From positions 1-64,000 of the forward strand of contig CP142736.1 in assembly GCA_036630325.1 (NCBI GenBank): a stretch of 64,000 nucleotides of DNA, read 5' to 3'. Both the position numbers and the translations under genes were made by a program. Shown here one piece after another: positions 1 through 14,800 of the stretch. Numbering within the stretch: the stretch's first letter is position 1; each line of letters begins with the position of its first letter. The DNA comes from Vairimorpha necatrix. Its lineage: Eukaryota. The notes under the pieces are model-generated. The model had not been told where the DNA came from and did no database searches. It was given only the letters and a program-made list of their open reading frames with translations.

Positions 1-2494
1 AACCTACCTACCTAACCTACCTACCTACCTACCTAACCTACCTACCTACCTACCCTACCTACCTAACCTACCTACCTAACCTAACCTACCTAACCTACCT
101 ACCTAACCTACCTACCTACCTAACCTAACCTAACCTACCTAACCTACCTAACCTACCTACCTACCTAACCTACCTAACCTAACCTAACCTAACCTAACCT
201 ACCTAACCTACCTAACCTAACCTACCTACCTACCTACCTACCTAACCTACCTAACCTAACCTACCTAACCTACCTAACCTACCTACCTACTACCTACCTA
301 ACCTACCTAACCTACCTAACCTACCTAACCTACCTAACCTAACCTAACCTACCTACCTAACCTACCTAACCTACCTACCTACCACCTACCTAACCTACCT
401 ACCTAACCTACCTAACCTACCTACCTACCCTAACCTACCTACCTACCTAACCTACCTACCTACCTACCTAACCTAACCTACCTACCTAACCTACCTAACC
501 TACCTAACCTAACCTACCTACCTACCTACCTAACCTACCTAACCTACCTAACCTACCTACCTAACCTACCTACCTAACCTACCTAACCTACCTAACCTAC
601 CTACCTACCTAACCTACCTACCTACCTACCTAACCTACCTAACCTAACCTACCTACCTAACCTACCTACCTACCTAACCTAACCTAACCTACCTACCTAA
701 CCTACCTACCTACCTACCTACCTACCTACCTAACCTACCTACCTACCTAACCTACCTACCTAACCTAACCTACCTAACCTACCTACCTAACCTACCTAAC
801 CTACCTACCTACCTAACCTACCTAACCTACCTACCTACCTAACCTACCTAACCTACCTAACCTACCTAACCTACCTAACCTAACCTAACCTAACCTACCT
901 ACCTAACCTACCTAACCTACCTACCTACCTACCTAACCTACCTAACCTACCTACCTACCTACCTAACCTACCTAACCTACCTACCTACCTAACCTACCTA
1001 ACCTACCTACCTAACCTACCTACCTACCTACCTACCTACCTACCTACCTAACCTAACCTACCTAACCTACCTACCTACCTAACCTAACCTACCTAACCTA
1101 ACCTAACCTACCTAACCTACCTAACCTACCTACCTACCTAACCTACCTAACCTACCTAACCTAACCTAACCTACCTACCTACCTAACCTACCTACCTACC
1201 TACCTAACCTACCTAACCTACCTACCTACCTAACCTAACCTACCTAACCTACCTACCTAACCTACCTACCTACCTACCTAACCTACCTAACCTACCTAAC
1301 CTACCTACCTAACCTACCTAACCTAACCTAACCTACCTAACCTACCTAACCTACCTAACCTACCTACCTACCTAACCTACCTACCTACCTAACCTACCTA
1401 ACCTACCTAACCTACCTAACCTACCTACCTACCTACCTACCTACCTAACCTACCTAACCTACCTAACCTAACCTACCTACCTACCTACCTACCTAACCTA
1501 ACCTAACCTAACCTACCTACCTAACCTACCTACCTAACCTAACCTACCTACCTAACCTACCTAACCTAACCTACCTACCTACCTAACCTACCTAACCTAA
1601 CCTACCTAACCTACCTAACCTACCTAACCTACCTAACCTACCTAACCTACCTAACCTAACCTAACCTAACCTACCTAACCTAACCTAACCACCTAACCTA
1701 ACCTACCTAACCTACCTAACCTACCTACCTACCTAACCTACCTAACCTACCTAACCTACCTACCTACCTAACCTACCTAACCTACCTAACCTACCTAACC
1801 TACCTACCTACCTAACCAACCTACCTACCTAACCTAACCTACCTACCCTACCTACCTACCTACCTAACCTACCTAACCTAACCTAACCTACCTAACCTAC
1901 CTAACCTACCTAACCTAACCTACCTACTACCTACCTAACCTACCTACCTACCTACCTACCCTACCTACCTACCTAACCTACCTAACCACCTACCTAACCT
2001 ACCTACCTACCTACCTACCTAACCTACCTAACCTACCTAACCTACTAAACCTACTAACCTACCTACCTACCTAACCTACCTACCTAACCTACCTACCTAA
2101 CCTACCATACCTACCTAACCTAACCTTAAACCTACCTACTACCTACCTACCTAACCTACCTAACCTACCTAACCTACCTACTACCTAACCTAACCTAACC
2201 TAACCTACTAACCTACTAACCTACCTAACCTACCTACCTAACCTACCTACCCTACCTACCTAACCTACCTACCTACCTACCTACCTAACCTAACCACCTA
2301 CCACCTACCCTAACCTAACCTACCTAACCTACCTACCTACCTACCTACCTACCTAACCTACCTACCTAACCTACCTACCCTACCTACCACCTACCACCTA
2401 ACCTACCTAACCTACCTAACCTACCTAACCTACCTACCTAACTACCTACCTACCTACCTAACCCTACCTAACCTACCTACCTAACCTACCTAAC
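1..2494 (-). repeat. Telomere tract of irregularly mixed TAGG/TTAGG units (CCTA/CCTAA on + strand)
   Basis: Uninterrupted C-rich array from base 1, with the G-rich strand running toward the contig end. Variant units (CCA, CTA, CCCTA) become denser proximally, from about 2000. Confidence 0.95.
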
Positions 2495-2655
2495 ACGTAA
2501 GCTTTTATCCCTCAAACCTTCGTGAATTTTTTGTTTAAAAAATTTATTAGTTACATCAATATGTAACTAAAATAAATAAAAAATGAAAATTTTTAGATAA
2601 AATTTATCTAACTATCTTTATAATTCAAGTATTTTTTTTCAGATTAATGATTATA

Positions 2656-5600
2656 TGTTATACATTTATTTAATAGGAAAGTTCAACCCTAACACCCTCC
2701 TCCAGACGTGTAGTCTCACGTTACAAGCTTCTAATTATTCATTTTTAAAATCTTTTAGGTCATAATGTCGTTTCTTAATGTATCTTCCGCTATCAGTCCT
2801 TACAATATAAGAATTATTCTCAGACTTTCCCCTCCTTTTATCAACATTTGTAAATCTTCCTTTCATACTTTTCATCTATTTACCCTTGTTTTCTCTTATT
2901 GCAATTCTCACAGCCTGATCTACTTCAAATTTTTCTCTATGCCTTAATTTAAAATTACTTGAATACACACCCTTTTTATTGTTTTCAATAAAGACTTATT
3001 TTCCTTGTTCTTTCCATGCTTCAATTGTGTTGAATTAATCGCTGTGTGTAAGAATTATTAGTTCTTACAGCTTGTTCTAGTTTTTCCTCTGGGTTTCCTT
3101 CTTTTTCATGGATCATCGATTCCCTTATTGTTCAAATACATCGTTCTATTCTTCCATTACTCCTATGAGCTTCTAAACCTACTTTCTATTGCATAATTTC
3201 GTTTACTTTACACCAAGTTACAAACTTATTACTGACAAATTCCTTACCGTTATCCGTAAAATATTCATCTGTGCATCCATCTTCCTTAAACAATTTTTTC
3301 TAAAATTTTCGTAATAACATCACTTCTCTCATTTTTCATCTTTGCGCCCCATACTCTTTTAGAAAAGTAGTCAGTCCCTGCATAGCAAGTATCTTTCTTT
3401 TTCTGCAATATCCATTACGTCTAAACTACTTTTTCTAATTTCTTGAATGTTGTTACAAAATTGCAACCTCAGGTCGCGTTTCTGTTATTAATGCTACATA
3501 CTTAACAATTTTTTAGCGATGTGGTTATCTGGTCCTTCATACCTGGCCAGTACCATCTTTGTATAATCTTATAATGTGTTCCCTTAACTCCTCGATGATT
3601 TAATTCCTCATGAACTCTACGAATTTCTGTTCTCACTTATTTCTTTGTGTTGTATTTATTAATTTCTCCTGTTGAAAACTTCCAATAGTTTTTACCTTTT
3701 CTATTAACAATGCTCTTTATTTCTTATCCTTTCATCTGTTTTTGGGCCGTTTCTACTTTCGCTTTTTTACTTTCACTTCGTTTTTTTAAATTGTCTACTA
3801 TGAGCATATAAATACGTGATCAATTCTCCTTTTACATATTCAAAAATAAAATCGAACTCTTGTATATATTCTATCCATCTCTTAATTATGTAATTATTGA
3901 AAAACGGTTTGTTTCTAATCTCGGCCAGTGATTAATGATCTGTTATTAAATGAATTTTTCTTCCTCACAAATCTGACTCAAATTTCTTTATTCCGAATAA
4001 CACTGCCAACATCTCTTTTTTACTAATCATATACTTTTTATCTGTTAATGTTATCATTTTTGATGCCCATTGTTTCAAATCCACCTATCTTCCTTGTCTT
4101 CTTGCAGAAGTATGGCTCCAATTGTCGTATCGCATGCATCCGTTCTTACTCTATAGATTTTTTTACTATCTACAATTTTAATTTTTTCATATCCTTCAAA
4201 CCAATTTTGATATCCATAAAAGCTCTTTCCATATATCGGATCATTCCCATTTACTATCTTTTTTTAGTGCTTCTGTAAGAAGCGCTGACCGATAAGCATA
4301 ATGAGAAATAAAATCTCTTAACCAGCCTGCCCGATCTCGTAAATCTTCTAAGATCTTTTATGTTGTTAGGCCTTTTGTATTTTAATGTCTTATGCTTTTT
4401 AATTTTGTTAGGTGTAATGTCTTCTCCGTTAATTGATACTCAAAGTAGTTATACTTCTTCTTTATATTGTATCTTTTAAGTTTCTTAAAATCCACATTCG
4501 TTAAATTTTCGAATTACTTGTTTTCTAGAATTTTCTTGTATTTTACTATCTCTTGCATGAATAATAATATCATACATGTACACCTTAACACTCTTGCCTC
4601 TAAACTTATCTAAAACTCCGTATATCACTCTTTGCATAATATGGGAAGCATTTTTAAATCCCTTTACCATGCCATTCCATTCGTAAACTCTATCATTTAT
4701 CTTAAAAGCTGTCTTATGTTTGTAAGTCTGTCAATTTCTATATGATAGAATCCTTCCTTTAGGTCTATAACCATAAATACTTTAGAATCTTGCGTTCCCC
4801 AATAATATCTCTAATCAATGGCAATTCATACGGATCTTTTTATTCCAGTTCATTATAAGCCATCAAATTGCTTCTCAATTGTACTTCACCATTTGGTAAT
4901 TCTATGGGCCTAATTGGGCTTATCCATTCGCTCTTTGTCCTTCTGATAATACCTCTACTTTAATAAATTAATATACTTTTCTCGATTATTATAAGAAATA
5001 TTTTTTACTTTTTTACTACTTTCACTCATTGTTTTGTTTTAAAAGAACATTTTATCCTTGTTAAGTATTTTATTTACTCTTCGTCTTTTCCTAATGCCTC
5101 AGGAAATTTTCCTTCCAATTCTTCATATTTATTAATATTTTTTCTTCTTTTATCTTGTTTCGTTTTTTTTACAAAAAAACTGTTTCTTGAGTTCTTCTTT
5201 CTACCTCCACTGGTAGTCTCAATTTAAAATCATTTCCTTTTAATATTTTCAATTTTCTATTATCACGAATGCCAAAATATTTTTCCCTTTTATTTTCATT
5301 ATTCTCTTCCTGTCTTCCTTTACGCTCCATACAATCTCTAGCTATATGTATAATTCTTCCACATATAAAACAATGGTTTTCTTCTCGTCTTTGATATTGA
5401 AAGTTTCTTCCCGGCACTGCTACAGTCCTAGTCAGTTATTCTTTAATCTCTTTTTTAATTTTTCTTTCATAACCTCTACCATATCTTCTAGTTTTCTACT
5501 CCTTAATTTTTCCTTGTTCTTATTCTCTTTCTTTTCAACAACTAATTTATCAATTTCATCAATAATATCATTCCAATTAATCATACTGATCAAATTTTTA

Positions 5601-5815
5601 TCAATAATAAAATCCTAAAGTTCAGAACTTACTTGTTTTATCGACTGCTTCGTTGTCACATCTTTTACATCTTTCTGCATTCCGATGATTGCTTCTACTC
5701 TCTGAGCTTCTTTTAGTAATTTTCTATCTCCTAAACACAGGTCTCACTTGTTACCCTTTCGTCTTTTGTGTTTGCCATGTTATACATTTATTTAATAGGA
5801 GGTTCAACTTTAACA
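2656..5815 (-). mobile_element. Decayed but full-length Ty3/Gypsy micro-LTR retrotransposon (element A, protease-less clade)
   Basis: TG..CA LTRs at 5778-5815 (38 bp) and 2656-2694 (39 bp), slightly diverged. 5-bp TSD TTATA at 2651-2655 and 5816-5820. PBS-like TGGCAAAC and PPT GGAGGAGGG are present. Fragments match element C: CFICGRIIHIARDC knuckle and the RT segment GFKNASHIMQRV. Many stops and frameshifts. Confidence 0.92.
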
Positions 5816-8800
5816 TTATAATTAAAACACAAAGTATTTTTGGTGTAATTCTGCGAATAAATTTATGTAATAATATATTGTAAAAGTAAAAATTACTTCT
5901 TTAATTTGTAATATATATTATTGTAAAAAAGGTCATTCTTGTGTTTTAAGATATTTTTTTTTACTGGAAATATTCGTATTATACTAAAAAAATAATATTT
6001 TAGGGATATTATACAAATAACTTAAATCTCGAATGATGTACTACGCATATATACAGACACAGGAGCTTATACTCTTCGGAAAGCCTATAAAAACCACTTT
6101 GAAAAAAAAATTAAATCATTATTCCAAGAAAGTAAAAGGACGTAAAAATTTGGAAACATTAAGGACTAGATTCTAGTGTTTGTTTGAAAATACAATACGA
6201 ATAACTAATTACATTTGAATATTTCATTATAAAATTATGTTATATTGCAATAGAACAATGAAAGTAATTATGATTTATTTAAATTAATATGATCTAATTT
6301 ATTTTTATAAAATAAAAAATTTTAGAAAAAAATTGTTTTTTTATATTTTGTTATTGAACAATTATATCTACTCAGCTGCTGCATAAACATGCGGCTTCTT
6401 CTAATGTAAAATCTTATTTATCTATGTATTTGTCCAACTTTTCAGGAAGTCTTTTATAATTACAATTGTTATTGTGTCTATTTTTTATGTTTTCTTTAGG
6501 ATTCAATTTTTTATGGTAGAAAATAAAAATTTTAAAAATAAGAGGGAGTGAAAATATTGGATAATTGAAAAATACATCCTATAAATAATATATTTGATTA
6601 TATGATCATAATACCATAGATATGTTTTGTTTATACTTTTATATTTTCTTTTATAACTGTTAGATTTACTTCTTGCTTGATCTTCATAAAATTTTTTATT
6701 ATGAAGAGAACTTATTTGATATTATTGATAACCAGTTAAAATTGATAAATTTTTTGCGATTAAGATATGTTGTATATTTAAAATTATTGCGTAAAAAAGG
6801 CGAATAGTTTAAAAGTAACCTATCATTATCTATGAAAATGTTTTACATAATGTGTTATGTTAAAATGTTATTTTTTATGATAAAACCAATACATGGATTA
6901 TTTAAAAACTCTAATTTTTAATTAAATCATTAGATTGATTTCATTCTACGAAAATCAAAATGTTTATATCAAAAAAACTCATAAAAATTTTTTTGTTTTA
7001 ATAATTAAAATTTATTCTATCAATTTATTATTATATTTTTTTATCAATTAAAATTTATATTAAATATTATTTTATAATTATTAGAAATCGTCTTTCGCAT
7101 CTATGTTTAATATGAAATTGGGTTTATGCATTAAAATATTTTAATTAAACTATTTTCTGTCATTATTAAAGATAAAAATTGTTTTTTTAATTTATACGCT
7201 TTTTCATGATATTATCCTTAAATTTATATAAATATCTATTAATTAGTTGCATTGGGGTTTGTTTATACTTTTAATTAACCCTCCTTAGCTCTTATTGATT
7301 TATATTTTTTTATTCTTCGGTTAGTGTAAGATATTTTTCAATAAATTTACTAATATTGTATTTATTTTGATTTTATATTTACTATAATTATAGTATTAAT
7401 AATAAATACTTGGAATATATGATATTTACTAGAAAAATTCACATGAAGAAATACGAAATTCATTTCCAGCCTAGTTTTGTGTATAAATTTACAATTTGTA
7501 TATATATTGATTATTTTATTATGTGAAATGTATTTAATATGTTTTCTGGCCATTTTTAGATTTATTTCTCTTATATTTATCATTGTTCCCATTGAAATAA
7601 ATTTTTTTTTTATAATATTTTTACAGATTATAACCATAAATTTTAAAATACTGTTGTAATAAAGGATAACAGAATGAAATGTCGTTCGTTGTGTTCCTCT
7701 ATAGATGTTTATATTTTATTTTCGTCGTATGTCTTCATGTTTCTTTGAGACTTTAAATTTTTATTTATGAACTTTCTTGATATTATTTGGTTTATATATG
7801 CTACATTTTTATAATAATTTTAAAAACTTAAGTTAAGCATAATAAAATGAGTTTTTAGATATGAAGAGCTTTTCAATAGTTCCTTGCGATAAATTGTATT
7901 TAATGTTTTACTATAAAAATGATTTAAATTATTTATAAAACTCTATAAATTATTGATTGTAACTTAATAACTTAAATCTACAATTTTCTAAAACCCTCCA
8001 TAATATGGTTTCTTTTGAAATACAAGTATATAAAAAATTTTTAATAGATTATTAATATTTTTATAAATTTTTCGTCATTGAATCATATGTTTTCGTGTAG
8101 GTTGAATATATCATCATGTTTAATAATGTAGGTGTAATATATTGCATTTTAATTGGCGATTGATATATTATTTTTAATTAAAGATTAAGTCGTTATAAGT
8201 TCTAAAACTATTACATATTTTAATCAGTCGTATGTGTATTATTAAGAGCGAAATTTGAAAATATAAAATTTTATTTAATGACAAAAAATATTATTTTCGT
8301 TTTAGTGGTTGAGACTTCTAGATTAATTAGTCGTGAAAATTTAATTGTATGAGGATTTTCTTCTTTTTACTTATCTAAAATTATTTGAATGTTTAGTTTG
8401 AATGGTTTTATCAATTAATTTATGAAAATATATATTTTCAAAGCGAGTTTTAGTACAAAATGTTTTTTTAAAAAAGTTATCCTTCTGTTTTAAATATATT
8501 TTCTTTTAAAATTTTTTTTGTAATATTAACCTCAATTTTCTTTTGGATATTGCATTTCGGAATATATTAGTTGTTTCAAGGATTTTTATTGGCATTATGT
8601 TTATTTTACTTGTTGATAAATCTTTGTGTATTAAAAATTTATATTGAAGTAAAAAATTTTCTTGACATTTTTATACTTAGAATTAATCTAACGCATTTTA
8701 TTGAATAATAGACAATATATAATATCAAAATTAAATTTCAATTTTTTCTTCAAAAATATTGACTATAACGGTTATATTCAAATTTTTGATCTAAAAATTT

Positions 8801-11800
8801 AAAATATCTGATAATTATAAGACAAAGAACGAAATTTTTTACTTTATAAGAAGAATTTTAAAGTTTAGTCTTTTTACTATTTATCTTTCATTTTTTTGCT
8901 AAATAATAAAAATTTTTATTTTTTTATTTAAATATGTGTAAATAAATTCTTATATATTTTAAAATTTAATTTCTTAAGAATACTTTTAAATTTTCAAGAC
9001 TAACGATATAGCAACATAATTCAGGTGTTTTCGTTTCCAAGTTCAAATTTTGCTTTCCCGAAGTATTACCATTATGTTAATATTTAATATATCTAATTCT
9101 AACTTTTAGACCTTTCTTTAATTTTTTGTAAATAACCTTGAACACGTCCAGGTGAAATATTATATAGTATTATAATTAAGAAATACTCAATTTGAATTAA
9201 CATGTTTTTAAATGTTTTTTAATTTAAATTAAGCAAGTGTTAATCATGTTTATTTTATGTTATTACTCTTTATATTAATTGAAATAATTTTCTGCTTAAA
9301 TATATAAATTTTGAAATATATATTCTATTTTCGTAGAACTATAATATATATCTGATTTTTTAATAAATATAGCATTTCATAATTAATTCTTGCATTGTTA
9401 TTAAATGTATTGGATTTATATGCATTTCTATTCTACTCCCCTCATTATTTTTGTTTTATTTTTTTGAGATATGCGACGCCTTTTTCAAAATCTCGAAAAC
9501 GTTTTATTCACAACAACCTTGTATTAAATTGTATGTGCGATTGTTTTATTTAATTATTCATAATTGAAAATTTACTTATTATTTCTTATTATATAAAAAT
9601 ATGGAAAATGTTTTCAAGTAGGTTTTCCCTAGAATTTTTTAAAATCAATAACATAAATGTTGTTTCTAAGTAAATTTCTTTTTACCGTCACTGAACGATT
9701 TTACAATGAATAGGTTTTATTTTATATTGTTAATTTAAATAATTTTCATCAATTATTCTAATTATAATTAAATAAATGATTTTCTAATGATTATATAATT
9801 TTACGATAATTGTTGATTGAATTTTTAAATTTTTTTTTCTTTTCTTAAATGAACTTTTTTATAATATTTCGATCTTCATACGTAAATTTTAATCTTAATA
9901 TTATATAAAAATATTATACTTTACGGATTTAGAAGGTATTATATATAACAAAAGAGCAATTCTTAAATATTTAACCGATAGATATTTGAATTGATTTATT
10001 TTTTTATTTCAATTAATAATAAAATAATATATTTTTATAAATATGATAAAAGTATTAATGATTTTACTTTTTAGAATTTTTTGGTCATAATTTCTAATTT
10101 TGTGTGGTCAATATGATTGTAAACAACAAATTAATATTTGTGACAATTGTTTTTTACCAACTTCGATTTCAAAAGTCTACAATGTTTTATAATTGAAACT
10201 TCTTTAGAATTCTATAAACCAAAAAAATGTAATATACGAGGTCAATCTTAATTCGTTTAAAATTTTTATATAATATTTGTTTTCGTTTTTTTACCATTAG
10301 TAATTATTATACTTAATAACGTGTACATATTAGTCATATATAAATATAATATAGTTGATTTTTTAGTATAATTTTCATTTATAAAATCGTCTGATATGTT
10401 CTAGATAATTAAAAAAAACTTCATTGCTTGTGTTAATTGTATTTAAATTATACTATATGCAATATTGAGATTTATTTTTGTTTATCTTGGCGTAGATTTT
10501 TATATAAAAGAAAATTGTATTTCATCTAATATCTTGATCGTATATCTTTATTTTAAATTATTATGTTTATCTTGCAAAGCAATATGTAGAATCATATGTA
10601 TATCTTTTCTTTATAATCCCTTTACTATCTAGTTATAATAAATGAATATTATTTGTATCACTTCTTACTCATTCTATTTTTGATCGTAAAAGTAATTCCA
10701 TTTATTTGCTTTCGTACTTATACCCAAAGAAAAAGGGAAAGATCAAATTTCAATTATCTTGTTTATACCTATGATGTAATTTTGATGTAGTGAGGAATTC
10801 GTTTTAAATTTTAAAAGATATTTTTTTCTTTCAACCAAAATTCTCGTTCTTATTTTTCCTGCATTTCTCTGTTCTTCACAGATAAAACTTTGATACTTTT
10901 AAGTTAGAAGACTAAAAATATGCGCTATTAATAACTTTATGATTATGTACTTGCTTCAAAATATTCCGCCCTTCATATACAAAATTCTTTTTTATATTTT
11001 ATTTTTATTGTAATAATTTTTAGCCACGTAAGTTAAAGTTTAATTATTTTGCATAGATAAACATATAAAAAAATTTATTTTTTGTTGCATTATTGGTGTG
11101 TTGGAACGTTGTTGGTGAATATTTGATAGTAAACTTTGAAAACTGTCCTTATGATGTAATCGTTATTACACACTTCCATAAAACCTTTGTATTTAGTTTA
11201 TCAAGTTTTGGTTTTATAACATTTATTTAAATACTTTAATGCATATACCTAAATTATTTTAGATAGATTTATAATCTTATTTCTTGTATATAAATATGTC
11301 CTAATTTATTCAACAAATATATTGTTAGACTAAATTATATGTCTTAAATGATTGTTATATAGTGTCAGACATTTCTTGTAATTAAATCACTCAATGATTG
11401 TGTTTTAATTTCTTTTTGAAAGAATCTAATTTACTTGTTTTGAAAAATATGTTTTTACCTTGCAAAAAGAAGTAAATATTGCGTTTAATTAACGTATTTG
11501 TCCAAAGCCAAATTAATATGTTTAACTTTACTTCAATTTTTTATTTTTATGTCGATTCTGCACATAATGCGTTTCATAATTATTTTATATACAGCAAATT
11601 ATATACTTACGTACTCATATGAAAAGACAAATAAATCTAAATTTCTTAAAATATTAATTATACAGATACATACGTTGGCAACCTCTAAAAAAATGTACTA
11701 AATTGTGCAAGAAATAATTTTCAAAATAACAATATTAATATTTTCTTCAGATGTGTGAGGCTGCAGACCTGCACTGACGAATCTTGTTTATAATTATACA

Positions 11801-14800
11801 ATGATTATTGGTACTGTCAAACGTCTAAGAGTATTGTAAATAAACATTAGACATGTTTGACATTCACAAACTAAAAGTAAGACAAGTGCATGTCACATGA
11901 AGTACTACTAATTCAGTAGAACTTCGGTTTCATGTTTGTTTGATTACATCTCAAAGAGTTTGACAGTTAATCTGATTGACTATTTATACGGAATTTACCC
12001 CTGACCTACAATTCCGATGAGCAGCAAAACAAACAAATAATATAAATCAATATGTTAGTTTAGACTCACCACTTCAACTTCGGATCAGGCTTCATGCCGG
12101 ATATAAGATGTGTAGATACTCCCTAAAGAAAAAAAAATTATTAATTTGTCATATATTTATTTCTTGTTTTTATGTTTAATTCTTAGGTATTACCCGGGAG
12201 TTGGCCATTCCTCAGATAGCATTCTATAATGCTTCTCCCGGGTATTAAAGTTTTATTATAATGCAAGTTGTATTATTAAATCTGCCTCCTTGGGCTTTAT
12301 CTTTCCTCTTCTAAGGATGCAGTGATTGATACTGCTGATTTCTAGACTCCTCTGTTCTTCTTGACATATTTTGGTGGGGGTAAAAATAAAAAGAAAATAT
12401 TTATAGAAAAATAAATTCTAGAAAATTCATTTGGAGGGAAAATATAATAATGTGGTAAATAATACCACAAATTCATATTTAATATTTAAAAATATAGTTT
12501 ATTTCAGAAAATAACATAATAAGTACCATTGTTATAATATATATAAACAATCTTTACAAAGAAAAACAACATAATTACTATTATTTTTCAAATAAAAATG
12601 AATTATAACGAGATATGCTAATGATGTTTTATATTCTAGTATATTCTGAATAGGTTCGCGTTAGCGTCTCCTGTTTGTGGGCAGCTTATCGACTCTTAGT
12701 CATTTTCAAAGCGGAACCCAAACATCTCTTCGGTAGTCCATTGGAATGCTTAAGTTTGTCTTCTGTTAATCATCTTGATGTACGCTTCTACTTTCTTAGA
12801 GTATTTGATAGTTTAACCTATTTTTTATTTTATATAAAACAACAATATTAATATTATATTATATTTTTATTCAAATGTATATATATCTTCTTTATTATAC
12901 TCTATAAACTATCTTATTTAATTTTTTATATATCATTTTTGTTTAATCATAATATATTTATAATATTTTCCTTAAATAAAGATAATTTCGGATCCCAAAA
13001 TATATAAATTAAATATTACAAAAAGATTATTTTCATTAAATATAATAGACAAGATTAATATGAACCTTACATCGATAAAAAATATTAGAATTCTACTAAA
13101 CTTGAACTGATAATTTATCCTTCATTTAGTATTTATTGTAATATAATCCGTATTTTTAATTATTTTATTCTCTTAAAAAAAGCAAAATTTATTACGGACT
13201 ACCAAATTACTACACACCTTCTTTTACATGGCCAACATGTTTTTTTAAATATATTTTTTTATACTATATTCTAGATTTTTACTGATATATATATATATAT
13301 ATATAAAATAATCATTCTTATTTATTTATATCATATATACGTTTTTATAATATTTTTAATTATTAAACTCATTTAATTATTCATTATAATAGAATGACAG
13401 TCTTTAATTTGGTATTTATATAATGTTCTTATTATTTATAACTTTACATTTGAAATATTTTGTTCTACTTATTCATCTTAATTATAACTGTAAACAGTTT
13501 ATATGATAATTTGGTATCTATTTATTACTAATATATTATCTAAAGTTGAATGTTAACTAATAAAGACTTTCAAAGCTGATATTGAACTTCGCCTGAATCA
13601 GTGTCAATATATACTTATATGACAGATATGTAATTGCAATCAATTACCTTATGCACAAACTTTTAAATTTTATTATATGCTTAATTTCTTATCTAATGAA
13701 TTCGCTTTTCAATTTTTATAAATTTTTCGTAAATGTTAAAGAACCTTCAAAAGATATTATTTCTAGACATTCTCTTCTTTTCTCATAAAATTACACTCTT
13801 CCTAATTTTTATTTATTTCCATGTAAGATAAGAAAAAACCATTACATAGAATTTTGTTAGCAATGAATTTAACCTCATACGTTTAGTATAGGTAGTTAAT
13901 TGATAATTAACGATTTGAATTCTCATACAAACTACAGAAAGTACATATTGTAAAATTTTTTCGTTTCAGAACATATTTTTCTATCTATCTTTATATCACA
14001 TCGTCAAAAATCACTGCTGATAAGAAACTAAGATTTAAATAAATTCTAAATTGCAAAATCATGTACATAATTAACTTCCACGAATGTGACTTATCATTAC
14101 ACGAATCTTTACGCGACTTCTAACATTACTAAAATTTGATCCTGCTTTCTACGAACTTCTTTGACCACCAGTTATTCGAATTTTAAAAATGGGGATATAG
14201 AATCGTATAAAAGAAAAGAAGATGCTCCTAGATAAATTCTTCTAGTCGTTAATTCACTATTAAAAAATTCCATTAAATACCGATCAGTAATGTTTTTTAA
14301 AATACTGGCCTCTTTTTGAAAACACGGTCGATGTAAACAAAATTTTATTTCTAGTTGTAGGTGAAGTTGTTTATTAAAAAAAAGTTCTATTTTTGTATTT
14401 TTTAAAGCTCATTGTTAAATAAATTTTGTAATGATTTCTAAATAAACTTCGTCGTGCGGTGAACAAAAAAGTTTTTTCTAAAAAAGTAAATCTTAATAGT
14501 CATTATGGAAAAGGCTTGGTTGCAATTTTTTTATAGTGACGTTAATCTTAAAGATAAAGGACTGGATATTCATTTTATATCTCATAAGTATTTTCAAAAT
14601 GTTCTACATATTCAGTGTCTACCACAAAAATATAACTTTAAAATAGTTATTAAAGCTACTTTATACAATATTACTTATCATTTTTTATTCTAAAACCATC
14701 TCTAATTTATATATATAACATTTGTTTGTAGTTTATTAATACTCTATATGTAAATTTTCTTTATATTACACTATTGATTATAAAATTGTATCAAAAAACG

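Noticed and set aside
12191..12244. Hammerhead ribozyme (CTGAGGA on the minus strand between stems)
   Set aside because: No stem II followed by GAAA and no correctly placed UH cleavage site.
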